A DNA stretch of 64,000 nt from Octopus vulgaris (Eukaryota): positions 102,672,001 to 102,736,000 of the forward strand of contig OX597820.1 in NCBI GenBank assembly GCA_951406725.2, given 5' to 3'. Below the pieces are notes generated by a model. That model saw nothing but the letters and a program-made list of their open reading frames with translations, searched no databases and had not been told where the DNA came from. The position numbers were made by a program, and so were the translations under genes. Position 1 is the stretch's first letter, and each line of letters opens with the position of its first letter. This document shows, in pieces, positions 43,720 through 58,669 of the stretch.

Positions 43720-43867
43720 GGAGTGGCCGTATGGTAAGAAGCTAGCTTCCCAACAGCATGCTTCCGAATTCAGCACTACTGCATGGCACCTTGGGCAAGT
43801 GTCTCCTACTATAGCTTCGGGCCTTGTGAGTGGATTTGGTAGACGGAAACTGAAAAAGAAGCCCGTC

Positions 43868-43951
<84 letters not shown>

Positions 43952-44175
43952 ATGCATGTGTGTGTGCACGTGAGCGTGCGTGTGTGTATGTGTATGTATA
44001 CATTTGTATAACTGATGCTGGTGTGTTTACGTCCCCGTAACTTAGCGGTTCGGCATAACAAGCCAATATGATAAGTACTAGGCTTACAAAGAATAAGTCC
44101 TGGGGGCGATTTGTTTAACTAAAGGCGGTGCTCCAGCATGGCTGCAGTCAAATGACTGATACAAGTAAATGACTA
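43720..44175 (+). mobile_element. SINE family B, full composite
   Basis: A-box-like tggccgtatgg, CORE-like caccttgggcaagtg, internal (TA)n(TG)n, tail gtgctccagcatggctgcagtcaaatgactga. Confidence 0.85.
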
Positions 44176-44924
44176 AAGGACATATATATATATATCTATA
44201 TATATATATATATATATATATATTTGCATATATATTCATACTTATATACATACGTGTATTTTCGTGTTGCATAATCCATCTTTTGGAGGAAAGTTTTTCC
44301 ATCTTTGAGACGTTCTGCAGCTTGTCTATACTACGTCTGTTGTCAATAGCCTGATGGTATTTGCGTCTTTAAACTCCAGGCAGTCACTTCTAGTACACAT
44401 CTTCAGGACCACTGTGAAAAAGTGAATTTTTCCTTTTTTTCGAAACGAAATTTTCACCATATGCAACATTAGACAGACAAATAAAGTACGGTTGCTGACA
44501 AAGATTAATGCAATTTTTAATTCTGCTGTAATTATAAATACTAGCTGGACCCGTGAAAACTTCACGAAAAATATAAAAAGTATAAGCATCTGCAAATAGT
44601 CTCTTCGTTTAATAACTATCGAATAATTATGTATACGCAGGACCCTGAGAAATTGCGCGAAATACAAAATATGGAAGCATCTTTAAATAGTGATTATATT
44701 TAACTATGGAATAATCTTCGTTATTTTTGTGTTATACTAATCATAAATTTATTACAATAAATTTGATATCTTTAAAATTCGACAGTTCATACACATGTAC
44801 ATTGTACTGTGCTTACGTCCACACATCCAGCTGGTATGAGAGTTGCTATCCTGCTGGCTGGCAGGCAGGCAAGCGGGCAGGCAGACAGATAGAGCAACAC
44901 TCTCTAACGCACGTCCATCGTAGA

Positions 44925-45062
44925 TTTAACCTTTTACAGCCGAGTCGACCGGAACAACGTGATATGAAGTGTTTTGTTAAACAACACCTGTCACCACTCG
45001 GGTCGAACCCACGGTTTTGCAATCGTGAGTGCAGCACTCTACTCACCAGACCACACGCCTTC
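44925..45062 (-). mobile_element. tRNA-derived SINE family D
   Basis: Minus strand A box tggtctggtg, B box gggttcgaccc, then caaaacacttcatatcacgttg; related to 58398-58605. Confidence 0.65.
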
Positions 45063-45789
45063 ACCTACACAAGCACACGCGCACTCATACACGCACATAG
45101 ACCATACACAGTCCACACAAACACACACACACTCACACACACACAAACATACGCACGTGTTTACAGACACACGTGTTTACACACACACACCACACGCGCG
45201 CACGTGTATGAATGCGTGTGCGTATGTGTGTGTGTGAATGTGTAATTTTATTGAGAGTAACTTCGAAGATTTACCATGTGGCCATATCCATACTGTAAAA
45301 TACAGTGCTCTGTCTCAATCGATAAAAGAGAGGTGTAATTAGTTTAAATTAAAGAGCAGTGTTTAAGAAAGAAAATGGCTTTAATTGGTAGTTTGAAAGT
45401 GGCTACTCTTTAGTTTTTAGAAGGATTATTTTAAGTGAATGAGCGGGATTTTAGTATGGAGCGAATAAGTGTTTATGCGTCGAGTGTTAGGAATCTAAGA
45501 AAAGTAATATAAGAAATGGAAGCTAAATTAACTGAGCACTTTTGTCTATGCTTAGAGATATATATGGAGACAGAACTTTAACAGATACATGGTTAAATGC
45601 ACCTAATCGTATATGTATACGTCCACACCCTGAAACATGCAATCACTTACAGTCATAAAATGTTACATATATACACTTGTTCGTTGCTTCTAACCCCAAA
45701 ATATACATATATGCTTACGTAAACAAACGTGCATAATACACACACACACACACGCACACACACACATATATATACACAGATTTTGATAC

Positions 45790-47798
45790 ATTTATTTTCT
45801 TTCAACTATAACAACAACCACAACGATAACACTCTACACTCTGTTTTCTATTACCCTAACAAGAAATCTTATGACATGACAAGGATCTACCCCACAGACT
45901 TACCCTTTAACAAAAGGGTATGTATTCCGCCCCAAATTGACAGTGAAACAGAAGCAAAGATCTCCTTAGCTAGAAATATACTCTGACATATCTTAGACCG
46001 ATACAACAAATCCACTAAAAAACATAGTGAGGAGGGTGACCCACCAAGTCAGCTCATCTGTTGACAAAGGCCTTCAAAAACTGAAACAGCGAATTAGGAA
46101 CAGAGAATTAGTGTGCCTTCCTACGGACAAGTCTGGCAGACTGTCAATAGACACCCCACAAAACTATGTCCAGACCAAGCAACAACACATGAGTAGCATG
46201 AGAGAAGTTACATCACAGGAACATGAAAGAGTGGAAAAACTCCTCAATGCCCACGTGGTGCAACATACTCCAACCTATAAAAAGGACGGTACACAATTTC
46301 CAAGCATCCAACAATGATGTTCCTACACTATACGGGTTACGCAAAGACCACACACCCTACATAAACCCTGTCGTGGGGCCCCCAACCAGAGCAGTTTGCA
46401 GAGCGAATATTTCCAGCAACTTTAGACTGTCCTACTCTCGCAAGTATTACGACCTGTTATAAAGATGTCTCCAGATGTCTGTGTATGCAAGAAAGATCTC
46501 AGCAAAATCAGTACTTGCAACCACTCCAACGACCTCACAGGTTATGTAGTGAATAGTATGGATGTGATTTCCCTCTACTCATCTATAGACATAGGTTTTG
46601 CTGTGGAGAAATGCATTTAGGTCATCTGTGATAGTGAGGTGGTGTTCCGTAAGAACAACACGAGGGAACTGGGTCTCCTCCTCAGACTAAGCTATGACAG
46701 TAACTAATTAGATGACCATGACCTCAGTAGATACTGCCCCACCAGGTCGCAGTGGAGAAGACCACCTATTATCACTTCAGCAGTGAAGAAAATCACCACA
46801 GGGCGCTGGATAGGCTGGACCGCACCCACCCAAAACCCCGAGAACAACAATCAGGTAAAAGAAATGATTGCTCATGCAATAGGGGCCAGTGTAAAAACCA
46901 CATTGAAGAACCACATAGTAAAGTTTACCAAAAAACTATACATGCAGGTTCAAAATATGTTGTTCACAAGACCTCAGCTTTGTCATGCAACATGAAAATT
47001 AACATACTGATAGCAGACTTAGGATAATGAACAACGTGTCCCCACTATGTGAACTCTTTGAAACGAAAAAACATATACAAAACTTCATGCACCGCATGTA
47101 GTACTTTGGATATGGTCAGAAAGATAGGGTTCGAGTATACAGGGAGGGGGCTAGAAAGAAATTAGATAACATTATACGTAATGATACCAGTGGTACCTGC
47201 CCTAAATATAAAAACAAAGAATGGAATCGGATACAAAGAACTTGTGACAAAGTAAACGGCGATCACGTTGTATAAAAGTGACAAATATCAAGGAGTGATG
47301 TTTGTAGAGGCCACAGTCCATGGAAAACCAGCCCGTAGATTTAGAAAAGCTCTGAAGGAGACCAAGCTGAACATTAAGATTGTTGAAAAGCCAGGGAACT
47401 CCGTCAGATCACAACTATATAGGACGTACCCCTTTGAGAATACCGTATGCACCAATGACAACTGCATGGTATGTAGGATTAGCCCTGGCATTAACTGTAG
47501 AACTAGAAATATAGTTTACACCATAAGATGCATAGATGTTGCAGACATGAACATGACATACATAGTGGGGACATCTAGGAACATTGTGGAACGACTAAAT
47601 GAACATCTGAGACAATATGACGACAAAAAACAATCCTCCATACTCTATCAACATACCAAGGACCTACATGGAGGCAACGTGGGTCAACTTGACATCCGTA
47701 TCTTATCCAAGCACCGAAAAGACCCAACACTCAGACAAATACAGGAGTACGTCCTTATAAAGGTAACTTCTCCAATACTAAATAGGAAATACACATAG
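45790..47798 (+). pseudogene. Second, older Penelope-like element (RT + GIY-YIG), internally deleted
   Basis: LPTDKSGRL, PTLYGLRKDH..GPPTRAVC, SMDVISLY.SI; C-terminal IVEKPG..YPF..C..C.VC..CRTRNIVY.IRC..YIVGTSRN..ERLNEH..RQIQE..LNRK. Confidence 0.85.
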
Positions 47799-49356
47799 TA
47801 GATATCACACCCCAACACCGACAGTTTACACAGGTAGAGAAGAATAGTTAGTGGGCTGTTATGTAGATAGATGTATATATTTGTGTGGAGGTGTAGGTAT
47901 ATATGTGTGTATGCACATGTATGTAAGCATATGGATATGAAAATAAACAGATCAACATACCGACGGATAGGTACATAGGTTATATGAACAGACAAGCACA
48001 CATACACAAATGGAGACTGAAACACATGACCATATATACACACACTTTACTTCACACAAGGACACATATGGAGACACGGATCCACACATATAGATATGCA
48101 CATCCATACATACAAGCATGGTACATAGTTGCATAACACACACACACACACACACACACACTCTGACATGCACACACAAGGAGACAGAGATGCATACATG
48201 TACAAGCACACGCACACACATACATAAAAAACACACAAACACGGACACGCGAATACATGAATATGCAGAATACATACGTACCGATGCACTCACATACATA
48301 CTTATATGCATATGCATATATACATATGCATATATACACATACATACACACAAATGCAAACATGCATAGATGCATGCATGCATAGGCACACACAAACACT
48401 GACCCACACACATGCGCACAAACGAGAAAGAAGGAACGCAGTGTAGATAACGGACAGAGTCAAGACTATTGAAAAGGTTGCAAGACACAACAAAATTTGA
48501 GGAAAATAAAAAATAAGAAATAAGTGGAAATGTTAACGGTGAGTGTGTTATGTTATAAGGCAAAAAAAGAAAACAACTCTCCTCTGTCACAACAGAATAT
48601 GCTTTATCACACGAACTCACATAATGTTGCAAACCAAATCCATAAATGAAATATTTTCTTTCAAATATATCACACATACACATACATGTACACACTCATG
48701 CACATAAATGTATATATACACATACATATTGTACCGATATATTGATCCATTCTTGTTGCTTTTTTCCTATACATATACATATATATATGTATGTGTGTGT
48801 GTGCGTGTGTGTGTTTGTATGATTGTGTGTATGTGTGTGTGCACATTCATAGATATATTCACACACTCGTGCTCGCACACTTTTAACGATGTATGACCGC
48901 TACGTTTAATCCCAAATCCATTAACCTAGGATAGTAAAAGTTCCATAGGGTACATAATAATGTTGATGTCAGAAACGCTAATTGGAATAAAACCTCTAGC
49001 GAATTCAAAATCTTATGAAGAAGGAACTTGAATATGGTTGGCTAAAGTTCTGAAAATGCTCCATTATTTCGTGAAAATGTTCCGTTATTTCTTAATGTGG
49101 TGAGCTTGTACAGCATAATTACAGATGTGTAGTATAATTACAGATGTGTAGTATTCACAGTTAAAAGTTAAAAGCGCTGACCATGACGAAGTGTAGCTTT
49201 ATAGGGAAGAAGATTCGAACTAGTAATAGGTTGTCTAGTTATCAACCTCGTTAATTCTAGACTACGAATGACAGTCTACCTACAAGTTTCAATTCAAATT
49301 TGTCTTAATAAAAATCACTGTTATTTAAATAAATAGCTGTTATTTAAATAAATTAA

Positions 49357-49545
49357 GGTGGTGAGCTGGCAGAAACGTTAGCACGCCGGGCGAAATGCGT
49401 AACCGTATTTCGTCTGTCGTTACGTTCTGAGTTCAAATTCCGCCGAGGTCGACTTTGCCTTTCATCCTTTCGGGGTCGATTAAATAAGTACCAGTTACGC
49501 ATTAGGGTTGACATAATCGACTTAATCCGTTTGTTTGTCCTTAGT
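49357..49545 (+). mobile_element. SINE family A, best-preserved copy
   Basis: ggtggtgagctggcagaaacgttagc...gagttcaaattccgccgaggtcgactttgcctttcatcctttcggggtcgattaaataagtaccag. Confidence 0.9.
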
Positions 49546-49615
49546 TGTGCCCATGACTTAGTGTTTGCTTCTCCATGGGTATGAGTAAGTATCTCATTTA
49601 TTTCTCTGCCACATT

Positions 49616-49668
49616 TATCACTGACGAAAGGAGGGTTCTTACGAACTAACTCTGATATCGGTCCGATA
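49616..49668 (+). ncRNA. Decayed hammerhead
   Basis: tatca-CTGACGA-...gttc(ttac)gaac...-GATA-tcg-GTC-cgata; GAAA mutated. Confidence 0.5.
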
Positions 49669-49903
49669 TGGTAATAATGGAATTTTTTAGAAATTTCTGT
49701 CGACCTCTTTTGAGTAGCGTACGTACTGTGAAAAAATTATAATGGCTATGGACAATGTGTCTAATTTCGGCATATTTGGCATTAGAATTTTTTTCGTTTG
49801 CCCTCATTTATAAGTTGTTTATAAATTTAACCTATAAAGGTACATTTTAATATGCTGGCCATTGATAAAATTTTTTTTTTGAAAACATTTTATCCTACAT
49901 TAA

Positions 49904-49968
<65 letters not shown>

Positions 49969-50350
49969 TGCATACATGTGTGTGCGTATGTATATGTATA
50001 TGTCAACATGAATACCGATCAATGTATCTGTGCATACGTATATATGTACATAAGTGTGCATATGCGTATGTATGATGACGTGTGTACGTGATGATTCGTG
50101 CGTATGTGTAAATGTATATAAATAAATGTGAATGTCTGTGTGTGTATATACATATATGGACGTACAGATAAATGTACGTATGTAGGAATGTTTGAATGCG
50201 TATATATATATATAAAAGTAATTTTAGAGACAGAACCACCTTTAACTCAATCAACAGTGAAAGATTTTATACCCGACCACTCCATAAAATGTAAAAATTT
50301 ATATCTTATACTAACTATATCTATTCTGAATCCTGTATCTTCCGTTTATA

Positions 50351-50446
50351 AGACTTCACGTGTTTCATGAAAATACATTGGTATTGATTAGATACGAGGT
50401 ATCTAGTTTCAATACTCGGTTCGACATACTCCCAATCTTTAGGTCT
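50351..50446 (-). ncRNA. Decayed hammerhead with long stem II
   Basis: Minus strand agac-CTAAAGA-[long hairpin incl. tagatac/gtatcta]-GAAAC-acgt-GAA-gtct. Confidence 0.55.
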
Positions 50447-50686
50447 GGATTCCTCAAATTTTTTCACTACCCCTATCTCTTATATACTTCCATGATACCC
50501 TATATCTTCAATATAATCTTACTTAACATGTACAAATGAATAGAAATACAAATAATAAATACAAATAACTGAATATTAAAAATTTAAGGAATAAAAATTT
50601 AAGTAATAAAAACTCAAGGAATAAACATTTAAGGAAAAAATTTAAAGAGAAAAAAATGATTAAAATTACGAATAAAGGTTTTTAAT

Positions 50687-50714
50687 CCCGAGCAACGCCA
50701 GGTATCTGTGCTGG
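50687..50714 (+). mobile_element. Helitron 3' terminus remnant
   Basis: cccgagcaacgccagg...ctgg followed by T; similar to the terminus at 22691. Confidence 0.55.
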
Positions 50715-50728
50715 TATATATATATGTA

Positions 50729-50776
<48 letters not shown>

Positions 50777-50812
50777 CATGCATACATATATATATATGTA
50801 CATATATGTATG

Positions 50813-50874
<62 letters not shown>

Positions 50875-53800
50875 TATATGTATATGATTATCAATTTAAA
50901 TGACATGTTACTTACCGCTTATTGAGCAGTTTATTTCTCTTTAAATGCGAGCTAATATACTTATAGTGAGACGAAACTTAATTATTAATCAGTTGAAATT
51001 ACACCACCAATGTTTAGAACTATCATTAGGTTTAATGATTTTTTTTTTCCTTTTTCACTACCGACGTTATTTCAGTTATTTAATAATTAATTTTTCCCTC
51101 GATAAATTTTCTGCTCTATTCTGCATTTAAGTATATTTTCTTGTGACATTTTTTTTTTTACCGAATATTTACTTTTAAGGTTCTAATAACCCCCTTTTTA
51201 AATAACTGAAGCAGAATTTCGTGTATTTCCTGGGTGACAATAAAATAGCGATTATTGGATACACACTTTGAAGTAACATCTTCAGTCTAGATTTCACAAC
51301 AGTAGCTTTTCGGCTGTTTTACCATGTATAAAACAAGATTGTTTTGGATCATTCGAAAAAATATTCCAACAGAAATTATTTTCGTAATTAGTTTCAAATT
51401 GAAGCTGAAATTTATTCTCCAGATAATAAGTATAATCTCATAAACTATTTATTAATGAGACACAGAGAAAGAATTACATAGAAATAATTACGAACTAAAT
51501 GTGATTGGTTGCTGCCTCTTTATAATCATTTTTATCTACCAATTAATGTTTAATGATATTGGTTAATTATAAGATCACGTTCATTATAATTAACACACAC
51601 TTTATCAAAAAAGATGTACTTTTTGATGTTGCCTGCGTTGACTCTAAGATTGTATCAAAAAAAATTATAATTAGAATGAACATCTGTTTCAAATAACTAT
51701 CGATAAGAAATTCCCTTTGGCTTTATCGCCTGAGACGCGTCGTCAACGTCAAGACATTAGTGTGAGTTCTCTTTGTAGCGAGATTATAGAATGGTTAGGA
51801 CATTTGAAAGTGTATTTATAGTAATATCTAACAACTGTAATAAATGGCCACAATTCAACGTTGATAGAAGTTCAAATTTTTCAAATAATCAAGCGCTTCA
51901 GGTCGTCTTTGTTTTAGAATGTCTCTGTTTTAAGATAGCTCTGTTTCCAACTCGCAAGATAATAGTATGAACCCTTTCAGCACGGCCTGGTCGCTGTGAT
52001 AACAGTCATCACTACTTAATGTTTGTGAATGGAACTCACCGGTAGAATTCTTGCTGTAACGTCCATCTTAACTTACAAAGCAAAGTTACATTCTGCTCTC
52101 TATTTGTTCTATGCTTCATACGCTTCGTTACTGAACCATGAAGTCAGCTTCGCATGCATTATTTGGATTGGGAAATTCAGTAGAGAAAATTTGGCCGATT
52201 TCTTCCCATCCGTTGTGGATATTCCCTATGATGAAAACAAAAATGAGAATGTGGTAAACCTCACTTTGAGAAATTCGTACATCCTGATAGTACTTTGTCA
52301 TGTATCTCGTAATGTGCTTGGAAGAACGTATCAAGTTCGATCAGCAACTCAGTTCGATCAGAACGTATCCAGTCTTCCAGTTCGATTAGCAACTCCTGCG
52401 GTGATTTCATCTGCCAGCTAACTTTAACTGTCTGTTCATAGGACCTGTTGAATGCTTCTAATATAAAGCAGAGTGGGCTTTGACACATTGGTCTACACAG
52501 AATGTTTGAATAGTCAGTGTCCTAGATGCAATATTTTATCCAATTCAGCTTTCATTAGTACCCGAAAAGAACAAAATTGAATGCATGTCACTCTGGTTTT
52601 TGCCATCAATTTAAGCCACCACCACATAAATGATAGATAACATGAATATATTACGGAACCGTAGGCTTGACGAGATCTCTTAATATTTGAAGACTGCAGA
52701 TTGTTCTCTGATCGGAAATTGCTTATCAATATTCTACCAGCGTCATGGATTTTCTCATCATTACTTGTCATCTATAGTATTGCCATTGCAATATAGGTAT
52801 GTTATATTTTCTGAAGGATTACCAACAGCCTTTGTGTTAGCATGTAATCAAATATAAGCATTTTCTATTAGTGTGCACGCACAAATTAGTTCTTAAAAAG
52901 ACAAGTATGATTCCAAATAAGTTTTGCTAACTGAAACTATTACTGAGTGAACATACAGACAATAAAAGCACCCAATGTCATCCGTGTTTTACAGGCATGA
53001 TATTTTAAGCTATGTTGACTGGTATATTTCAGGACAAGTGAATGGCTTCCCCATACAATAACCCCACTGATGACAATCAGCCTGAGAAGGTTTAAACAAA
53101 GTGGTGGAGGAGGTAGTATTCGAGACCTTGATTTTAATGACTGTTCTCAAATCAGATTCAGAAGTATGTGTTGCATGGTGTATGAAAAAGTTGTACCTTG
53201 TTTTCTATGACTTTGTTTTCACTATTATCAACAATAAAACCGAAGTTATATACCAACTAGTCCATCACATAGTCTATGTCGTGCCTGCAACCATAGTCAA
53301 GAGTGAAACTCTACTTGCTGGTGACAGGGTCATATAGATTACACAGCTTGGCAACAATCTCACAACCAACATATAAACTGCCCACGCAGGTATCGCATTT
53401 CATTGACTTCTGCTAAAATTTGTCGATGTGGAATGCCTCAATTACCAGACTATTTTTGACGGTTTTCAGCCACGCTTATATGCGAAATTGAAGGGTGCGT
53501 AGGTCCAAATGATTGAGAAACACAGCTCTACTGAATCATTCATCTGCTGACTCTGCTATATACCAGTAATGTCTGGACTGTTTACGACAGACGCAAAACG
53601 AATCAATATATTTCACCTTAACTGGTTCTGTAAAATGCTGACTTTTTATTGGCAAAACAAGGTTCCAGACACTTAGATAACTAATTGTACGATGTTATTC
53701 AACATCTACACCATTCTCGCGAATCCCAAATGCGATGTCATTGACACATCTTGAATGTAGTACGGGAGACTTTGTAAACGTCTTTTCTACACCGAGTTAT

Positions 53801-55894
53801 TTGAGAGAAAACACTTTGGCGTTGAACTGTGCAAACGCTACAAGGATACACTGAGGTCTCCACGAAAATATTCCAGCATTACAAAAGTCATTACTTTCAT
53901 GCAGAGAGAAGATTGAATGGGAAAAGGGAGGAGATAGTATCATAATGATTATTTATATGGATTAACACACCAAGATAAATAAATACAGAAGCTAGTGATC
54001 CAGCCCATTAACACAATCATATATACATACATACATGTTAGAGATACATACATAGATACATACATACATACATACATACATACATACATACATACATACA
54101 TACATACATACATACATACATACATACACACATATAAACAGATCGATCGATGAATAGATAGATTGCTTGACAGATAAATTGATAAGCTCACTTACACAGA
54201 AGCATAAATCTATACGTTCATGACGCATATACACAAAGACACACACACTCCTATATGTGTGTACCTGTGTGTGCGTGTGTTTATTTTGTGTATGTGTGTG
54301 TGTGTGGGTGGGTCCTGTTAAAGTGCAATATAACGCTTGTATTAGTGTGTCTAGACTTGGTTCTATGTGTGTAATGTTAAGCAGGTTTATGAAATCCACA
54401 TAGTTTTTCCTGCAAAATCCCAATAACTATAGAAAGTACAAATCCACATGTGACTAATTGTCTGTATGTGTCTATTTCGTTAACTATTGTATATGCAGAA
54501 ACACATACACATGATTTCATGTGACATAAATATAGAGACTCTTCGTATTGATATTTTTCTTCATAATTTTCAGAATATTTTTTATGCATTTATTTCTAAG
54601 TTACTTTTTAATCACTTTAGACATAATGGACTTATTACTATAAACATATTTATATTGCAAATATTCCCTTTAATAATCGAAATCTCTGGAGTAAAAAAGA
54701 GTGATAAATCCCTTTCATTTCTTTTGATGATTTTGACCGTTAAAACCAAATGCATTAGTATTTTAGTACAGTTTCGTGTGGAGGCGGAGGGGTAAATTCA
54801 TCTGCGTATGTTCACGTGTGTATGTGTACATGTATATGAGTGTGTGTAAGTGTGTGTTTATCTGCGTGTATGCATTCATCAACGTCGCCTTAGAGTATGT
54901 TTTCTATCAAAAACGAATTTTATTATATTACTTTATCTTTTATTCATATTTTATGTATCTCGAAATCGAAGCGGAATAATGTTTATGCTTTGGCTGAAAT
55001 ATATCAATTGCTTTGATTGATACGATTTAAATATTCCTATCCGTCTAATGAAGACATCGGAATGGCGCTAAGCTCTATTTGGCGTCGTGCAGTTTGCCTT
55101 CTATTACTTCCTATTCCAGTCGTTCAGCTTGTTTTCCACGCTTAACAGACTCACATATATGTTTGTATATCAGATCGAACGGCGCCATTTTCTACTTGCT
55201 CATTAGTGTAAGATTACCCTTCAATGATTAAAATGTTTTCCAGCTGAGATCATTAAACCTTCTTTGAAAACCTTTTATATCTAGGACTACACTTAATTTT
55301 TTTGCTGCTGGATATGACTTTGGGTATATTCGGCATTTTATATTGAAGAAGTGTCACCGCACAGTATCTATTGCCAAACAACTTAAATTTACTGTGTCTC
55401 ATCCCGTCTAGCTACAGATATTAACAGATCAGGCTGCAATTAGAGTGACTGAACATATTGTATAATTAACAAGTGCGTCATTATCAGAGAATTCACTAAA
55501 ATGTTCTAATGGCAAGACACTCTACTATCACTGGTCTTCATTATAGGATTTACGTATGAATTTACATGCACCCACCATGAACTACTTGTAACGTATAAAC
55601 ATCCGTTAGCAGGTATACACCTTAAATGTAACCGTCCATCAACAGATATGTATCTTACAATCATCAGTCAGTTGACAGACATCTTACATACAACCGTCAA
55701 TAGGTAGGGAACATAGAAACAATAGTCAGTATGTGAATAGATAAGCGTTTTACAAGCATTAATCATTAGGTAGCCATTTTGCATATATGCGTTGGTTGGT
55801 GTCACACAGAGAGATGTAGTATTCTCTGTTGTGTTCGTCTGAGTGTTATAGAGCAACTCATAGTCTTGTATTTCAGATACCCATACAGAAAAAT

Positions 55895-56085
55895 ATTGGT
55901 TTCAAATTTTGGCACAGGGTGGGGGGTAAGTTGATCACGTCGTTCAAATGGTAATTCTTTTATCGTTCCCAAATTGATGAAAGACAAAGTCGACCTCGGC
56001 GGAATTTGAATGCAGAACGTAAAGATGGACGAAAAACCGCTAAGCATTTTGTTCGGCTTGGTAATAATTCTGCCAGCTTGCTGTC
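55895..56085 (-). mobile_element. SINE family A
   Basis: gatgaaagacaaagtcgacctcggcggaatttgaa...ttctgccagct. Confidence 0.8.
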
Positions 56086-57277
56086 TTTAAACAATGAAAT
56101 ATTGAAAATCAGATAATCAGTATTCTATGAAATATAAAGCACTCAAAACAAAAGGTTTTGCGTACTATTTAAACCGAAACTGTTTGGTTCATTTCGCAGG
56201 TTTTCCACAATTGTAATATTATGTGATAGTCCCCCAGGCATCGATTTTTGTCCTTCAACCTTTCGGGATCGGTCAATGTAATCGACTTAATCCCTGCCCC
56301 CAAATTGCTGGCCTTGTAACAAAACTTTGAGCCAATATTATGTGACAGAAATCTTTCTCTTTTGATTCCGAAATTTAGTACCAAAATTCGGGAAATAATG
56401 GCTTGCAGAACTAGGTTCTCGATGTGACAAAGTCAAATCGATAATCTATTGTTTGATTACTTAAGCAGATTATTTAAAATGAATGCACGTATTTCTTTAG
56501 TTCTTTTTATTTAAAAAAAAAATTTTCAATATATTCATATATTCTCATGCATACTGCAGTGTTTATCTGACTTTCACATTTATGTAATCGTACACTGGTA
56601 TTTAGTTAAATACCTGAGATTAAATACGTTGTCATGATAGACTAAATCGCATAAATGTAATTTGTGGTAATTATTTCTAATATATTGAGTGATAAGAAAT
56701 CTTACTTTTGACAAATATCTGACTTTTCTCGTATTCTTTGTGCTAATGAATTTGAATTTGATAATCAAATCTTGTTAAACGCTTTCAAAATTTCAACAAT
56801 GTTATAAACATGCTTATTACAATTATTATATTTGAGAAATTTTCTGGGATTTCGTTTTTTTTTTAAATAAAAAAATAAAGGAGAGAAAATGAAAGTAACA
56901 TGAACACTTAAAATTATGCAAATGAAAATTTTATTCGAAGTTATAATTAATAGAAAATATTGACTTTGGTAATTTATTGTCAGAATTGTCTAACGAAGTA
57001 ACTTGATAAATTGGAAAATTAGACAATGTGAAACATTTCAGGACAATACTACACATTGAGAGCAATGTTGTGAGAAAAACCATGCATCTGAAGTTTAGAA
57101 GAAAAAATTTATGATCTTCCTTCAGGATGTCTGCAAATTCATATCACTTAAGTGGAAAATAATATTGTGCATTAGTAAGAGAGCAAAAATAACACATTTC
57201 AAGATATTCATAGAAGTGTTGTGTACAAAAGAAATAAAAACCCTTCTCTAAATATAACGATTTTATATGTGTACATA

Positions 57278-57314
<37 letters not shown>

Positions 57315-57341
57315 ACGAGTGTGTGCTACATGAATACATAG

Positions 57342-57379
<38 letters not shown>

Positions 57380-57439
57380 GCGCACACAGAGATAAAACAT
57401 TCACCATGTTGGACCGCTGAAATCTTCAAGTTTTTTTTA

Positions 57440-57580
57440 CTCGCCCTCTGTTTATTTTCTCTTTCCGTTGAAGTGCGTAGGCTTGAATCGTAAGAGACAT
57501 TTTCATTCTTCTCGAGCGTCAAGTTAATATACTTGCTTGTTGTTCTTCGTCCATCGTTTTTCTATAAATTTCAACTATAT
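57440..57580 (+). mobile_element. Repeat family C with decayed variant HHR
   Basis: ctttccgttgaagtgcgtaggcttgaatcgtaagaga; homologous to 27160-27335. Confidence 0.6.
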
Positions 57581-57656
57581 ATATATATGAATTTTTTGCG
57601 TAATGAGATTAAAAAAACCAAGGCTGTATAGATATTAGAGCATTTATAGATAGAAG

Positions 57657-57708
57657 GTCTTACAACAGTTTCTAGAATATTAATTAATAATATCCCTTCA
57701 TCGGAGAC
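57657..57708 (-). ncRNA. Hammerhead motif (one core substitution)
   Basis: Minus strand gtct-CCGATGA-a-gggatatt..aatattct-a-GAAAC-tgtt-GTA-agac. Confidence 0.65.
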
Positions 57709-58098
57709 GGTGTGAGAGGAAAAATTAAGTCATAGTTATTTTCGATGTGATACAGATAGAGAGTGAGGTGGAGGAAAGAAAATAGATGTAAGATTTGTAT
57801 GGTTATTGAGTTCATAAATCCGTTTTATAGGCATAATGTTATATACATGTAATATTCCAATATCGTTTGAGTAAATTCCAAAAGTCCAACAGAGTTTAAT
57901 ATGATTCCATCCAGATGTAAAGTTTATGAGCAATGTAAGATTCTCTTAAAGTTGGTCATTCCTAGTAGGGAATTTACATATATATATATATATGGTAAAT
58001 CCCTCAAAAAGAACAACAACAAACACAAACAAAACAACAACGCGAGGACGTGCTACATGTAAAGTATTAGCAGATGCTCAGGAAAGGAAAGAAATATT

Positions 58099-58132
58099 GT
58101 TTAACGTTTCGAGCAACGGTCACTTCAGAAAC
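58099..58132 (-). ncRNA. Decayed minimal hammerhead
   Basis: Minus strand gttt-CTGAAGT-gaccgttgctc-GAAAC-GTT-aaac. Confidence 0.55.
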
Positions 58133-58176
58133 AGAGGAAAAGGTCCAATAGAAAGGAAGACGGAGGAAGGAAATCG

Positions 58177-58218
<42 letters not shown>

Positions 58219-58328
58219 TTCAGCAAAATTTAGATTCAAATGAATATGGTACTTAAGTTAGATGCTCCAGAATTTTGTATGGTGTTATCCATATAAATCC
58301 ATGGACTGATTACAATCAATACACACAT

Positions 58329-58391
<63 letters not shown>

Positions 58392-58397
58392 CATATA

Positions 58398-58605
58398 CGC
58401 ATGATTAAGCGGTTAATGTGTTGCACTCATGAACATAAGACTGTGATTTTAATGTGCTCTTGAACAAAACACTGCATTTCACTTTACTCCAGTTCACTCT
58501 CCTGACGAAAATGTGTATTCCATACCCTCCATTTGGACGGAACCAGTGCACCGTCCAAGAGGAGGACGGACTATCTATGCTACAGAATCTGGGAAACCAG
58601 ACTTG
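58398..58605 (+). mobile_element. SINE family D, decayed
   Basis: gtgttgcactcatga...cttgaacaaaacactgcatttcactttactccagttcactc. Confidence 0.55.
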
Positions 58606-58669
58606 TAAATTTATTGCTTGAGAAGGATTTTCACCATGATACACCGCTAATCCCTAAAGCATTTTCATT

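Noticed and set aside
51950-53880. Possible ancient LINE RT on the minus strand (NTDDIG, SGV..GS-like)
   Set aside because: Motifs too degenerate to call without an alignment
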